Shown here: positions 8,577-16,577 of the stretch, piece by piece | Layout: each line of letters opens with the position of its first letter | Position numbering within the stretch: position 1 is the first letter of the stretch | Virus record (IMG/VR): IMGVR_UViG_3300012943_000033 | Coordinates: 6,641-70,640 of that record | Length of the DNA: 64,000 nucleotides | Strand: one strand, 5' to 3' | Origin: a virus | Taxonomy: Duplodnaviria; Caudoviricetes | The notes under the pieces: generated by a model | Told to the model about the DNA's origin: nothing | Seen by the model: only the letters and a program-made list of their open reading frames with translations | Databases searched by the model: none | Made by a program: the position numbers and the translations under genes

Positions 8577-8835
8577 CCCAACCCAACTTTTTCTTGCCAG
8601 TGACGACGTATTCGCGCTGGAAGTATGCCGCGCGGTTGAAGGCCTGATTCGCCTTCACTTCGTCAGTCTCCGCCTGCGCGGCAGCGACGATTTCAGCGAC
8701 GTATTGGGCAGGCGTAACCCGGCCATGAAACCACCACTCCGCTTCGATGCGAAGCGAACGGATGGAGGCGCCATACCGTTCTTTTTCAACGGCCATTTGC
8801 GCGAGGTCTTCGGCAGTAAGAGGGCGTGCAGGCAT
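8572..8835 (-). CDS. Hypothetical protein
   Basis: GGAG RBS before MPARPLTAED... Confidence 0.55.
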   Translation of the reverse strand: MPARPLTAEDLAQMAVEKERYGASIRSLRIEAEWWFHGRVTPAQYVAEIVAAAQAETDEVKANQAFNRAAYFQREYVVTGKKKLGWE

Positions 8836-8848
8836 TCTGATCTCCAGG

Positions 8849-9094
8849 TTAGGCGTGGATGGCGGCATCGTAGCGGGCCGACAGCGAAGCGTATGCGTCA
8901 ACCGACAGCTTGCCCTTCGTCATCAGCGTATGCGCGTGACGGATTGCGCCACACAGTTCGCGACCGGCTTGATACTTCAGATAGCGGGCAGGCTCGCCTT
9001 CAGGGCGGAGGTGCGGCGCGAGGGCAACCTCAGCGCGTTCGGCAGGGAGCGTCAGCAGGTAGGCGCTCAGTGCCGTTTCAAATCGCTTCGTCAT
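8849..9094 (-). CDS. Hypothetical protein
   Basis: First gene after the promoter at 9126-9155. Confidence 0.6.
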   Translation of the reverse strand: MTKRFETALSAYLLTLPAERAEVALAPHLRPEGEPARYLKYQAGRELCGAIRHAHTLMTKGKLSVDAYASLSARYDAAIHA

Positions 9095-9125
9095 TTTCGT
9101 CTTCCAGGTTCGTTTCGATACCTCA

Positions 9126-9178
9126 ATTATAACCAAAATTGAGGTATCAATTCAAACTTAGTGAACCGTAGGGTTATT
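9126..9178 (-). promoter_or_regulatory. Sigma70-like early promoter with upstream AATAACCCTACGGTTCAC element
   Basis: TTGAAT-18-TATAAT. Confidence 0.8.
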
Positions 9179-9446
9179 GACGTTCAACGTGCAGGAATAC
9201 CACTGGCATTCCGTCCACGATGATCGCGAGCGGGACACCACGTTCACCTGCGGCCACAACGGCCAGCCGGATGCTGCGCGCCTGCTTCACGCCGATGGCT
9301 TGGCACGCCTTTGGGACGGATTCGTAGGCGATGAGGTCGCCGTTGTTGACCTGCATCAGAACGGCGTGGCGCTTCAGGCGGGCCTCGCGGGTCTTGGGGT
9401 TATCCCAGCTGAGGGAGACGGCGTTGGCGATGGTACGATTCTTCAT
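9174..9446 (-). CDS. Small basic protein, SWxxxxxxxAR paralog 2
   Basis: AGAAAG RBS; NAVSLSWDNPKTREARLKR. Confidence 0.7.
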   Translation of the reverse strand: MKNRTIANAVSLSWDNPKTREARLKRHAVLMQVNNGDLIAYESVPKACQAIGVKQARSIRLAVVAAGERGVPLAIIVDGMPVVFLHVERQ

Positions 9447-9512
9447 GAGAGTCTTTCTAGTTGGCGGGGACATTCCCAGCCTGCCCTCTGCGAAGGGCAG
9501 GCGGAGGGGTCA

Positions 9513-9779
9513 TCAACCTTCGAACACGAACGTCAGGTTGGCGACGCAGTCATCATCGTTATACAGCACGGCCATCGTGCGCCCGTCCCAGTACTTGACT
9601 TCCATCGCGTCCTGCGGCAGTTCGATATCAAAGTGATTCGACCACCACACCAGGAAGTCACGGGCCTGCGCGAGGTTGCCGTCATAGAAGTCTTCCGGGG
9701 CTTCGTATTGCGTCAGGGGCACGCCGCAGTCATCAGCGATGCCAACTTGATCGTTCAGGGTCAGGAAGGAGAGGGCCAT
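9513..9779 (-). CDS. Acidic hypothetical protein
   Basis: First gene after the promoter at 9811-9840; AGAAAG RBS. Confidence 0.65.
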   Translation of the reverse strand: MALSFLTLNDQVGIADDCGVPLTQYEAPEDFYDGNLAQARDFLVWWSNHFDIELPQDAMEVKYWDGRTMAVLYNDDDCVANLTFVFEG

Positions 9780-9810
9780 TTCAGTCTTTCTTTCGTTGCG
9801 GTAAGCCTAG

Positions 9811-9854
9811 ATTATAGCACCATTTCTGATGCTACGTCTAGGCTTTTCGTGACT
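9811..9854 (-). promoter_or_regulatory. Sigma70-like early promoter
   Basis: TAGACG-18-TATAAT; upstream AGTCACGAAAA shared with 16460-16470. Confidence 0.7.
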
Positions 9855-10591
9855 TAGGCTGCGACCTTTTTGACGACTTCAACCTTGGAGCCTTCGCGCC
9901 AGCCGACCACGCGGGCCTGCGTTGTGGACTCGTCAATCGCGACGGAGCGCTTGGAAGTGCCGTATTTCGCGGCTCCAAACTCCTCCTCCACCGCCTTCAT
10001 CTTGACGACCATCAGCGAGGTGCCGTTGGAGAGGGTCAGGGCCTGACGTTCCTTCGTGATGCTCGCGAGGGTCATCTGGATTGCGCTCGCGGCAGCGTCC
10101 TTGAATGCGGTCCCGATCTTGACGTTGTAGCGGGTCATGCCTTGTTGCGTCATGTACGCCTTGCACAGGCGGTCAACCGTGCCGATCAGGAAGCCCAGCA
10201 TATCGCGGGCGCAAGCGGTGTCCGCTTCGTAGCCCTTGAACATCAGTTTCTTGCCAAAGGTCTTCCCGCGCCCGGTGCGCTTGGCGTGGTTCGTCTGCTC
10301 AGCGCGGTCCCATTCGTATGCCGCGATCACATCGTTGTACTTCGCGACAGCGATACCCAGGGTGGCGACGTACTGAGGGACGGCAGCGTAAACGCGGGTG
10401 GCGGCTTCCGTCGCGAACAGCTGCGCGACCTTTTCGGAGACGTCAAAGGCGTCCAGCTGATACTTATCCATCAGCTTGCGCGCACGGCTCGCGGCAATCG
10501 CGGCTTCATGCGGGCTGGACGTATCGTCAGCCATGCGGAGGAGGTCAGCGATACGGCCCTTGATTTTGTCGAGGTCTGCGTGGTCGGTCAT
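9854..10591 (-). CDS. DUF2786-domain protein
   Basis: KIKGRIADLLRMADD.SSPHEAAIAASRARKLMDKY N-terminal pattern. Confidence 0.75.
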   Translation of the reverse strand: MTDHADLDKIKGRIADLLRMADDTSSPHEAAIAASRARKLMDKYQLDAFDVSEKVAQLFATEAATRVYAAVPQYVATLGIAVAKYNDVIAAYEWDRAEQTNHAKRTGRGKTFGKKLMFKGYEADTACARDMLGFLIGTVDRLCKAYMTQQGMTRYNVKIGTAFKDAAASAIQMTLASITKERQALTLSNGTSLMVVKMKAVEEEFGAAKYGTSKRSVAIDESTTQARVVGWREGSKVEVVKKVAA

Positions 10592-10627
10592 TTTCAGGTC
10601 TTTCTCGTTTCGTTGCGGTAAGCCTAG

Positions 10628-10656
10628 ATTATGCACCAATTTTGACGTTGACGCAA
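10628..10656 (-). promoter_or_regulatory. Sigma70-like early promoter
   Basis: TTGCGT-17-CATAAT; leader shared with the 9811 and 12521 promoters. Confidence 0.7.
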
Positions 10657-10776
10657 GGCTTTCATGAACTATTTTGACAAAAAAGTGACCCTGATGTATG
10701 ACCCGTTCAGCTGGTGGTCCATACGGTACTCCCAGCAAACCCAATCATTGGCCCTGCGTTGATTTAGCTGTGTTCC

Positions 10777-10995
10777 TCAGCCTGTGTTTTCGCGGTTTCG
10801 TATCCACTCCTGGACCTTCGTGGCCGCGTCGATGTAGGCGGGGCTTGGCCGCTTGTCGATTTCCTGCCCTGGACGGTATGTCGCCCAAATCAGGTCGCGT
10901 AGGTGTTTTGGCAGGCTGAACCAGTGCGGGCTACAACCCCACATGCGCGGCGGCACCGCCTTGGTGCAACCCGGCCAGTGGCAGCGATGCGTCAT
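10777..10995 (-). CDS. Conserved Cys/His phage protein
   Basis: H.C.WPGC...VPP.MWGC..HW..LP..LR..IW..YRPGQE pattern. Confidence 0.7.
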   Translation of the reverse strand: MTHRCHWPGCTKAVPPRMWGCSPHWFSLPKHLRDLIWATYRPGQEIDKRPSPAYIDAATKVQEWIRNRENTG

Positions 10996-11155
10996 GACCA
11001 GCCTCCCTGCGTCCGGAGGAGTTCAGCGTGTGCAGCCGCGCCCATCCTGATCCTGATGTCCTTCGGCCAGTAATCCGTCAGGCACTTTGGCTTGTCCAGC
11101 GGAGGGTTCGCGCGGACATAGCGCCGTTCCTTGCGGCCTGGAAAGTTACGGGGCT

Positions 11156-11419
11156 TCATTTCTTGCACTCCCAGCGGTCCTTCGCTTTCGCTGCCGCGAC
11201 AGTCTGCCACTGCATGTTCGCGACGGTATCCGGCCCGCCCTTACAGAGGGCCACGATGTGGTCGCGGACGTATCCGGGACACCGCCCGGTCGGCTTGCCC
11301 GTAGCAGGGCAGGGGTGGAGCCGTTGATAGGCGCGCGGAACACTCCTGTCCCGGTGGGTCGCGGCGGAGCATGCGGACGCCGACACCGCGAGCATCAGCA
11401 GGATGGCAAGGCGGTTCAC
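11156..11419 (-). CDS. HNH-like nuclease-fold protein with N-terminal signal peptide
   Basis: HPCPATG...G.CPGYV.DHIVALC.GGPD...NMQWQT; hydrophobic leader MNRLAILLMLAVSASACSA. Confidence 0.65.
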   Translation of the reverse strand: MNRLAILLMLAVSASACSAATHRDRSVPRAYQRLHPCPATGKPTGRCPGYVRDHIVALCKGGPDTVANMQWQTVAAAKAKDRWECKK

Positions 11420-11643
11420 TTCGGCATGCCTCCCGCGATTACCATGAAGTTACAACCATCGGTCCTGATGTCCGTGATGTGGCCGCATTCTTCGCACTTG
11501 CCGCTGGTGTAGAACGTGTCCGGCTCCTCCATCGTCTGCTTGGCTCCGCAGCCTGAGCAGGTGAACTGTTGGAAGGCTTGCGCACCTTTGGCGATGGCAG
11601 CGTCAGCCTGCTTGAGGACGTCATTGAAGGGGTAGAGGTTCAT
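11416..11643 (-). CDS. Zinc-ribbon protein
   Basis: FTCSGCG...GKCEECGH. Confidence 0.6.
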   Translation of the reverse strand: MNLYPFNDVLKQADAAIAKGAQAFQQFTCSGCGAKQTMEEPDTFYTSGKCEECGHITDIRTDGCNFMVIAGGMPK

Positions 11644-11806
11644 TGTTTCACGCATGCCCAGTCAATCCGGGCGTCAGGGTAGGAAGTCTTCAGTTGGGCT
11701 TGCGTGTCCTTCGCGGCAGCGACGCAAGTGGCTTGGGAATCGAACCCAACACGAACGGAGGTGCTGGGGCCGTTGGCGTACATTACGAAGAACAGCAAGA
11801 TGTAGG

Positions 11807-12049
11807 TCATTGGATGAGTTCCTGGTCGATACCGTTACAGCTGAGGATGGTCGCGCCACCGCGCGGACCGAAGAGGACGCCAACGTGGACTGACTTTTCG
11901 TACCACTTCAGTTCACCGGTGACGTTGGTTGCGAAGAGGAGCGGCCCGCCAGCATGCTGATCGAGTTTGAAGACCACCGGGCCGTCCAGGGAGTGACGGG
12001 TGATGCGGTTCGTGAACCGCTCAATGGCTGCGATTTGCGCGGCGTTCAC
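11807..12049 (-). CDS. Hypothetical protein
   Basis: ORF track; coupled to neighbours. Confidence 0.55.
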   Translation of the reverse strand: MNAAQIAAIERFTNRITRHSLDGPVVFKLDQHAGGPLLFATNVTGELKWYEKSVHVGVLFGPRGGATILSCNGIDQELIQ

Positions 12050-12201
12050 TTGGACACCTGCACCATCTTTTCAGCTTTGAATCCGTACACGCCGCCCATC
12101 TCGTCATGCTTCGCAGTCGCGCGCCCGGTCTTGGTGTAGGGCTGTCCACGATAGACGAAGTTGGCGCCGATGCGCAGTGATTTGAATTTGGTGTCGTTCA
12201 C
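12046..12201 (-). CDS. Small hypothetical protein
   Basis: AGAAAG RBS before GTG; F..L.IG..F...G..Y.KT pattern. Confidence 0.55.
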   Translation of the reverse strand: MNDTKFKSLRIGANFVYRGQPYTKTGRATAKHDEMGGVYGFKAEKMVQVSK

Positions 12202-12257
12202 TTGGGTCTTTCTAGGGTTTCGATTCTGCGCCCGGAGCGGTCCGGGCGCAAGGTTCA

Positions 12258-12485
12258 TCAGGCAATCACGTTGAACTTGAAGTGGATGCCTTCGTGCAGG
12301 GCACGCTCACCGACGAACACCGGGAAGAAACGGCCGTCAGTGTGGATTGCGACGAAGTACATCACGCGCAGTTGGAACTCACGGTCGCCATAGAATTTCT
12401 CGACAGCCTTGATTGCGTTTTCGCGGGTCGCGTAGGTCTTCGAAGGGGTCAGGTCAAACTTAGCGTTTTGGATCGAGTAGGTCAT
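12258..12485 (-). CDS. Hypothetical protein
   Basis: First gene after the promoter at 12521-12548; AGAAAG RBS. Confidence 0.7.
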   Translation of the reverse strand: MTYSIQNAKFDLTPSKTYATRENAIKAVEKFYGDREFQLRVMYFVAIHTDGRFFPVFVGERALHEGIHFKFNVIA

Positions 12486-12520
12486 TTCAGTCTTTCTAGG
12501 TTCGTTGCGGTATGCACTCG

Positions 12521-12548
12521 ATTATATACCAAAAATGACGATCGCCAA
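12521..12548 (-). promoter_or_regulatory. Sigma70-like early promoter
   Basis: TTGGCG-16-TATAAT. Confidence 0.65.
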
Positions 12549-12561
12549 CCCCTTTTTTGAC

Positions 12562-12780
12562 CTAAGTCAAAATATATTTTGTCGCGTCCTCGTCCTGCCG
12601 CGAGCCGTTGATGAAGGTACAGAAGCGGTACTCACCGGCCCTGGGCCGGTCCCGGACGGCGTACACCCACTCCATCAACCCCAACTCCCCGGCTGTCGGC
12701 TCCCGGTACACCGTGAAGGCACAATCGGGGTGGTGGATGCTCAGCCGCTTCGCTTCCTGGGTTGCTTGGTACACGTCCAT
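12562..12780 (-). CDS. Hypothetical protein
   Basis: ORF track. Confidence 0.5.
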   Translation of the reverse strand: MDVYQATQEAKRLSIHHPDCAFTVYREPTAGELGLMEWVYAVRDRPRAGEYRFCTFINGSRQDEDATKYILT

Positions 12781-12875
12781 ATCAAAAGACGTACAGCCAG
12801 CAGTACAGGCCCGCCACGCCCATGATGATGCAGACGCTCAGCACCAACACCACCCAGTCCAGCCAGGTCATTCCG

Positions 12876-13109
12876 TTACTTTTTTCCACTCTGCCCTCCG
12901 TAGGGTTGCAGGGCCGCGATGTACTCGTCAGCCTTCGCGATCAGGTCATTGGCAACGTCATCGAAGCCAATGCCGTGGTAGAAGACATTCTCCAGCAGGC
13001 GCTCGACAGCCCGGCGCTTGTTAGCCTCAAACGCTTCCTTTCGCTCGATGAGGGCGTCCAGAAATTTCTGGTCTTCCTCCGTCCAGTTGGGTCGCAGTGC
13101 ATCGGCCAT
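12876..13109 (-). CDS. Hypothetical protein
   Basis: MADALRPNWTEED...; start abuts the upstream stop. Confidence 0.55.
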   Translation of the reverse strand: MADALRPNWTEEDQKFLDALIERKEAFEANKRRAVERLLENVFYHGIGFDDVANDLIAKADEYIAALQPYGGQSGKK

Positions 13110-13441
13110 CAAAATTTCCTCACCATCGCGTCGCAGACGCCGATCATGTCCAACGCGCCCACCGGGGTGGACGGGCGCCAGCGGGCGGCAATCGTGCCGT
13201 TGAAGCGGTTCAGGCGGACGTATGGCCCTGGGGTCGCGAGGTTGCCCGAAGACCACACACCGCTGCCGTTGTCCACGAGGGTCCAGCTGGTGTTCTCGAT
13301 GGTGATGATCTTCGAGTCCACGTTGAAAGAGGCGTAGCCCGCGAACGTATCATTGTCGCGCGTGCATGAGATGCGGATAGGCTCCGCAGCCTGCGCGACA
13401 GTTGCGGCGAGGGCAAGGGCGAGGACAGCAAACAGCTTCAT
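13109..13441 (-). CDS. Exported protein with signal peptide
   Basis: MKLFAVLALALAATVAQA; two Cys. Confidence 0.65.
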   Translation of the reverse strand: MKLFAVLALALAATVAQAAEPIRISCTRDNDTFAGYASFNVDSKIITIENTSWTLVDNGSGVWSSGNLATPGPYVRLNRFNGTIAARWRPSTPVGALDMIGVCDAMVRKF

Positions 13442-13620
13442 GGCGTTACTTTCATCTTGGTTAGGAGGTCGCGAAGGAACACAAGGCGTTTGGCAGACTT
13501 GGCGTCCACCTCCCACCCAGCTTTGAGACGGGCGTTGATCGTTGCGGCGCGGCTGGCAATCGAATGCCTGACCAGCATGCGGAGGGTCTCAGCCTCCTCT
13601 TCGGTGAACTCGATATTCAC
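13438..13620 (-). CDS. Small hypothetical protein
   Basis: ORF track; coupled overlaps. Confidence 0.5.
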   Translation of the reverse strand: MNIEFTEEEAETLRMLVRHSIASRAATINARLKAGWEVDAKSAKRLVFLRDLLTKMKVTP

Positions 13621-13805
13621 AGCACCACCTCGCGGGCAGTCGGGAGGATGCCGCGACGCTTTGCGTCAGCCAGATGGATGCGCGCCTGCTGGGCGATAAC
13701 ACCACTGGTCGCCACAGACCACTTCTGGCCGTTGTAGCGCTCGATCAGGGAGGCGTCCGCGTTCGTGCGGCAGAGAGTGCCCAGGAAGTAGAATTGGAGG
13801 GTCAT
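13617..13805 (-). CDS. Small hypothetical protein
   Basis: First gene after the promoter at 13832-13861. Confidence 0.6.
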   Translation of the reverse strand: MTLQFYFLGTLCRTNADASLIERYNGQKWSVATSGVIAQQARIHLADAKRRGILPTAREVVL

Positions 13806-13831
13806 CAGGTTCTTTCTAAGTTTGAGCCTAG

Positions 13832-13861
13832 ATTATAGCCCGTTTTGTACGTCCAGTTCAA
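13832..13861 (-). promoter_or_regulatory. Sigma70-like early promoter
   Basis: TTGAAC-18-TATAAT followed by CTAGGCT as at the 9811 and 10628 promoters. Confidence 0.75.
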
Positions 13862-13862
13862 A

Positions 13863-14231
13863 TTATTTTGGGTCGAAGCGGACGGCAGACCACTGGCAGA
13901 GGTGCCCGTTGGTGTTGAAGAAATAGCGGTACACCGGGTGGTCCTGCGCGGAGTGGCGCGGCAGGGTCTCAGCCCTGATGAACGTGCCGCACATCACAAA
14001 GGCGTCGAAACCGCGCTCACCGCTTTCGACCTTGTGGGTGTAGATGTACTCCTCCACCACAATGCGCTTGCGGCGGTCCTGCGACAGGACGTACAGGGTG
14101 TCCCCGGAGTTGAAGAGGTTCGCGGTGTGGGCCTCGCGCCCGTAGGCTGTAAGGTCATAGGCTGCGTCCTCCACCTTGTATTCGTTGAAGTGGGCGACGG
14201 TGTTGCAGTTGTTGCAGAGCCAGGTGGTCAT
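13863..14231 (-). CDS. Hypothetical protein (CxxC)
   Basis: AGAAAG RBS. Confidence 0.65.
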   Translation of the reverse strand: MTTWLCNNCNTVAHFNEYKVEDAAYDLTAYGREAHTANLFNSGDTLYVLSQDRRKRIVVEEYIYTHKVESGERGFDAFVMCGTFIRAETLPRHSAQDHPVYRYFFNTNGHLCQWSAVRFDPK

Positions 14232-14246
14232 TGGAATCGGGTCTTT

Positions 14247-14567
14247 CTAGGGTTGCGGGATGCCTGTGAGGGCTGGGGAAATCAGTGAACCCTGCTGGTC
14301 GGCAGGGCAGTTGTGTAGAGGTGCTTGGAATCCTTCCGGAACCAGCTCTGGACACTCCCTGCGGTCCTCGATTCGCAGGACTACCAGGCCACGGACGTTC
14401 CCGTAATGCGCCCGGATTTGAAGGGCGTGCAGGTGGGCGTCAATATCGTCGGCCCTGATCGGTGTCCGGGTTCTCTCCCAGGAGTGCCCAACGAACAACC
14501 ACACCTCATACGTTAACAGGTAGGCGTAACCCGCCCTGAGGTATCGTTCCAGGGCGGGTTCGTTCAT
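14247..14567 (-). CDS. Hypothetical protein
   Basis: GGAG RBS; ORF track. Confidence 0.5.
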   Translation of the reverse strand: MNEPALERYLRAGYAYLLTYEVWLFVGHSWERTRTPIRADDIDAHLHALQIRAHYGNVRGLVVLRIEDRRECPELVPEGFQAPLHNCPADQQGSLISPALTGIPQP

Positions 14568-14578
14568 CTGGCGTCTCC

Positions 14579-15187
14579 TCAGAAGAATTTCGCACGGCAG
14601 ATGGGGCCGATACCCAGCTCAATCGACAGCTCATTCGTCAGCTGACGACCGCAACACGAACACGAACCGAATGCGCGCCCGTAGGCGATGGCGGAGCGCT
14701 CCGGGTTCGCGCATGCGTCAACAATTGCAGCCTCTGCGGCGTCGGAGCATGCCCCTACGCGAGTGAACCGGCCCTGAAAAATCTTGCCCATGTACTCGTC
14801 GTCACCCAGGCGCTTGACGTAGATCGCTCCAGCGTTCCGCCCGTGAGCCGGGGCCAGCGACAGGCGGTAAGCCTGCTCATCAGACGCGAACAGCCGCATG
14901 GTCGGCTTCGTCAGGCCGTTTTGCTGGCCCTTCCCGAAGGCGTGCTCAATCAGCGTCACGTCCACTGTCGGTGCGTTCGCTTCGCGCTCAGCGCGGGCCG
15001 CGACGGAGGCCTGACGCTTCGCCACGCAATTCTGCGCGGCGGCCAACTGCCGCTCCGACAGGAAGCCCTTCGTCATCACCTGATTCCGCAGGGACACCGC
15101 GAAGTCAAAGTCAGTGTTTGCCCACCAGGCCGCGATTTCTGGATTGGCGGCTTCGAAGGCTTCCAGGTTGCGAGTGAGTGCGTTCAT
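14579..15187 (-). CDS. DUF6011-domain protein
   Basis: C-terminal YG...G.CS.CGR.LT...SI..GIGPICR..F pattern; AGAAAG RBS. Confidence 0.75.
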   Translation of the reverse strand: MNALTRNLEAFEAANPEIAAWWANTDFDFAVSLRNQVMTKGFLSERQLAAAQNCVAKRQASVAARAEREANAPTVDVTLIEHAFGKGQQNGLTKPTMRLFASDEQAYRLSLAPAHGRNAGAIYVKRLGDDEYMGKIFQGRFTRVGACSDAAEAAIVDACANPERSAIAYGRAFGSCSCCGRQLTNELSIELGIGPICRAKFF

Positions 15188-15216
15188 TTTCAGGTCTTTC
15201 TAGGTTGATTCGGGTT

Positions 15217-15471
15217 TCAGTAGATCGTGGCAATCTCGCGGTTCCAGGTGCCCATGAACTCGCATGCGAGGTCAGCGCCGCTGCCGTTCCGCAGCACGCC
15301 CAGCCGCTTCGCGAAGTGATACGGGCCTTCAGATTCGAACCCGTAGCGGAACAGCGCGAAGGTGTCCTGGTCGATTTCGGTCAGGGCTTCAGCGCCCATT
15401 TCGTGACCGATGCGACCGATGAAGGCGCCCATTGCGAGGGCGAGGACCGGTGTGGATGCGAGGGAGATCAT
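15217..15471 (-). CDS. Hypothetical protein
   Basis: First gene after the promoter at 15499-15528. Confidence 0.55.
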   Translation of the reverse strand: MISLASTPVLALAMGAFIGRIGHEMGAEALTEIDQDTFALFRYGFESEGPYHFAKRLGVLRNGSGADLACEFMGTWNREIATIY

Positions 15472-15498
15472 TTCAGGGCCTTTCTTTAGGGTGCCTCG

Positions 15499-15552
15499 AT
15501 TATAGCTCCATTTTGGAAACCCGTTCAAAGTTTAGTGAACCGTAGGGTTATT
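15499..15552 (-). promoter_or_regulatory. Sigma70-like early promoter with upstream AATAACCCTACGGTTCAC element
   Basis: TTGAAC-18-TATAAT; the 18-bp box is identical to 9161-9178. Confidence 0.8.
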
Positions 15553-15637
15553 CACTCCCGTATTTTGAGGTGGGAAATCACGAGGTCAACGCAGGCGCAG
15601 CGAACGGAGGAGGGCTGGCACGGTTAACCACAGAAAA

Positions 15638-15676
15638 CGGGAACACAGCTAGAATCATTGATTAGCTGTGTTCCCG
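15638..15676. repeat. Dispersed palindromic element, copy (c), inside a perfect 14-bp inverted repeat
   Basis: cgggaacacagcta-gaatcattgat-tagctgtgttcccg. Confidence 0.85.
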
Positions 15677-15685
15677 GCGTTCGCC

Positions 15686-16369
15686 TTACTCCTCGATTTC
15701 GACCATTTCGAAGAGGTACACTTCACCGTCAGCGGTTTTGTACTCCAGGCTCCGCAGTTCCTTCAGCTTCAGGCGGAACCGGATATGCTTGCCAGCGGGC
15801 AGGCGGTTAGCGTTCCAGGCCTCGCGGGTTGACTTGAAGTCTTCCGACGAACCATCATGCGTCACGCGTACTCCGTCACGCGTCAGGCGGGCCGTGCGGA
15901 CCTTTTCGTCAGTCCAGCTGCGCGCGACGCCTGCGCTATTCGACGCGCGGCTATTCGTGCGGGTCGGCGTCGCTGCCGGGGCCTTTTCACCGATGCCGTT
16001 CAGGCCGCTTGCCATCGCACCGAATGCTGACGCCTCTTCAACCTCTTCCTCTTCCGTCGCGTCGCCTTCGGGCACTTCCAGCGCCTCAACCTTCGTTGAC
16101 GTGCTATAGTCTTCGGTCGCGACCGCTTCCGTCAGGTCATCACCTTCCTCAGCGAACATCACGCAGCCTTCGGGCGGAAAGTCAACGCCTTCCTTGCCAC
16201 CGTCGATATAGGAGGCGAGCTTTTCGACCAACAGGCCCGTGCGGCGACGCGCAGCGGACATATCGGACCACTTTTTGACGGGCTTGACGTCGGGCACGCG
16301 GGAGGCGTTGGCGTTGAAAAAGGCCAGGAGTTGGGGACCGGATGCTTGGGCGATTTCGATGATTTGCAT
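15686..16369 (-). CDS. Putative DNA-binding protein (PB1-like), with C-terminal SWxxxxxxxAR domain (paralog 3)
   Basis: N-terminal FFNAN...KPVKKWSD..AARRR; acidic linker; C-terminal domain similar to the 7435 and 9174 proteins. Confidence 0.7.
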   Translation of the reverse strand: MQIIEIAQASGPQLLAFFNANASRVPDVKPVKKWSDMSAARRRTGLLVEKLASYIDGGKEGVDFPPEGCVMFAEEGDDLTEAVATEDYSTSTKVEALEVPEGDATEEEEVEEASAFGAMASGLNGIGEKAPAATPTRTNSRASNSAGVARSWTDEKVRTARLTRDGVRVTHDGSSEDFKSTREAWNANRLPAGKHIRFRLKLKELRSLEYKTADGEVYLFEMVEIEE

Positions 16370-16427
16370 TGCGTTTCCTTCTGGGGTTACTTTCTAGGTT
16401 AGGGCCGTTCCCGACCCCGATGAACGT

Positions 16428-16470
16428 ATTATGAACCACTTCAGGTCATCGGTCTAGTCTTTTCGTGACT
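16428..16470 (-). promoter_or_regulatory. Sigma70-like early promoter
   Basis: TAGACC-17-CATAAT; upstream AGTCACGAAAA. Confidence 0.65.
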
Positions 16471-16577
16471 TTATGTCATAATAATTTCTATCAACCACCC
16501 GGTAGTCGATTGCTGAAGTCTATCGCCTGGGAAAGTGTACGCGACGGCCTCAGCAACCTCCCGTTACACTCCGCCCC

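Noticed and set aside
16380-16577. Missing small terminase next to terL
   Set aside because: Not treated as anomalous; from memory, TerS is unlinked in PB1-like phages and may lie outside the window.
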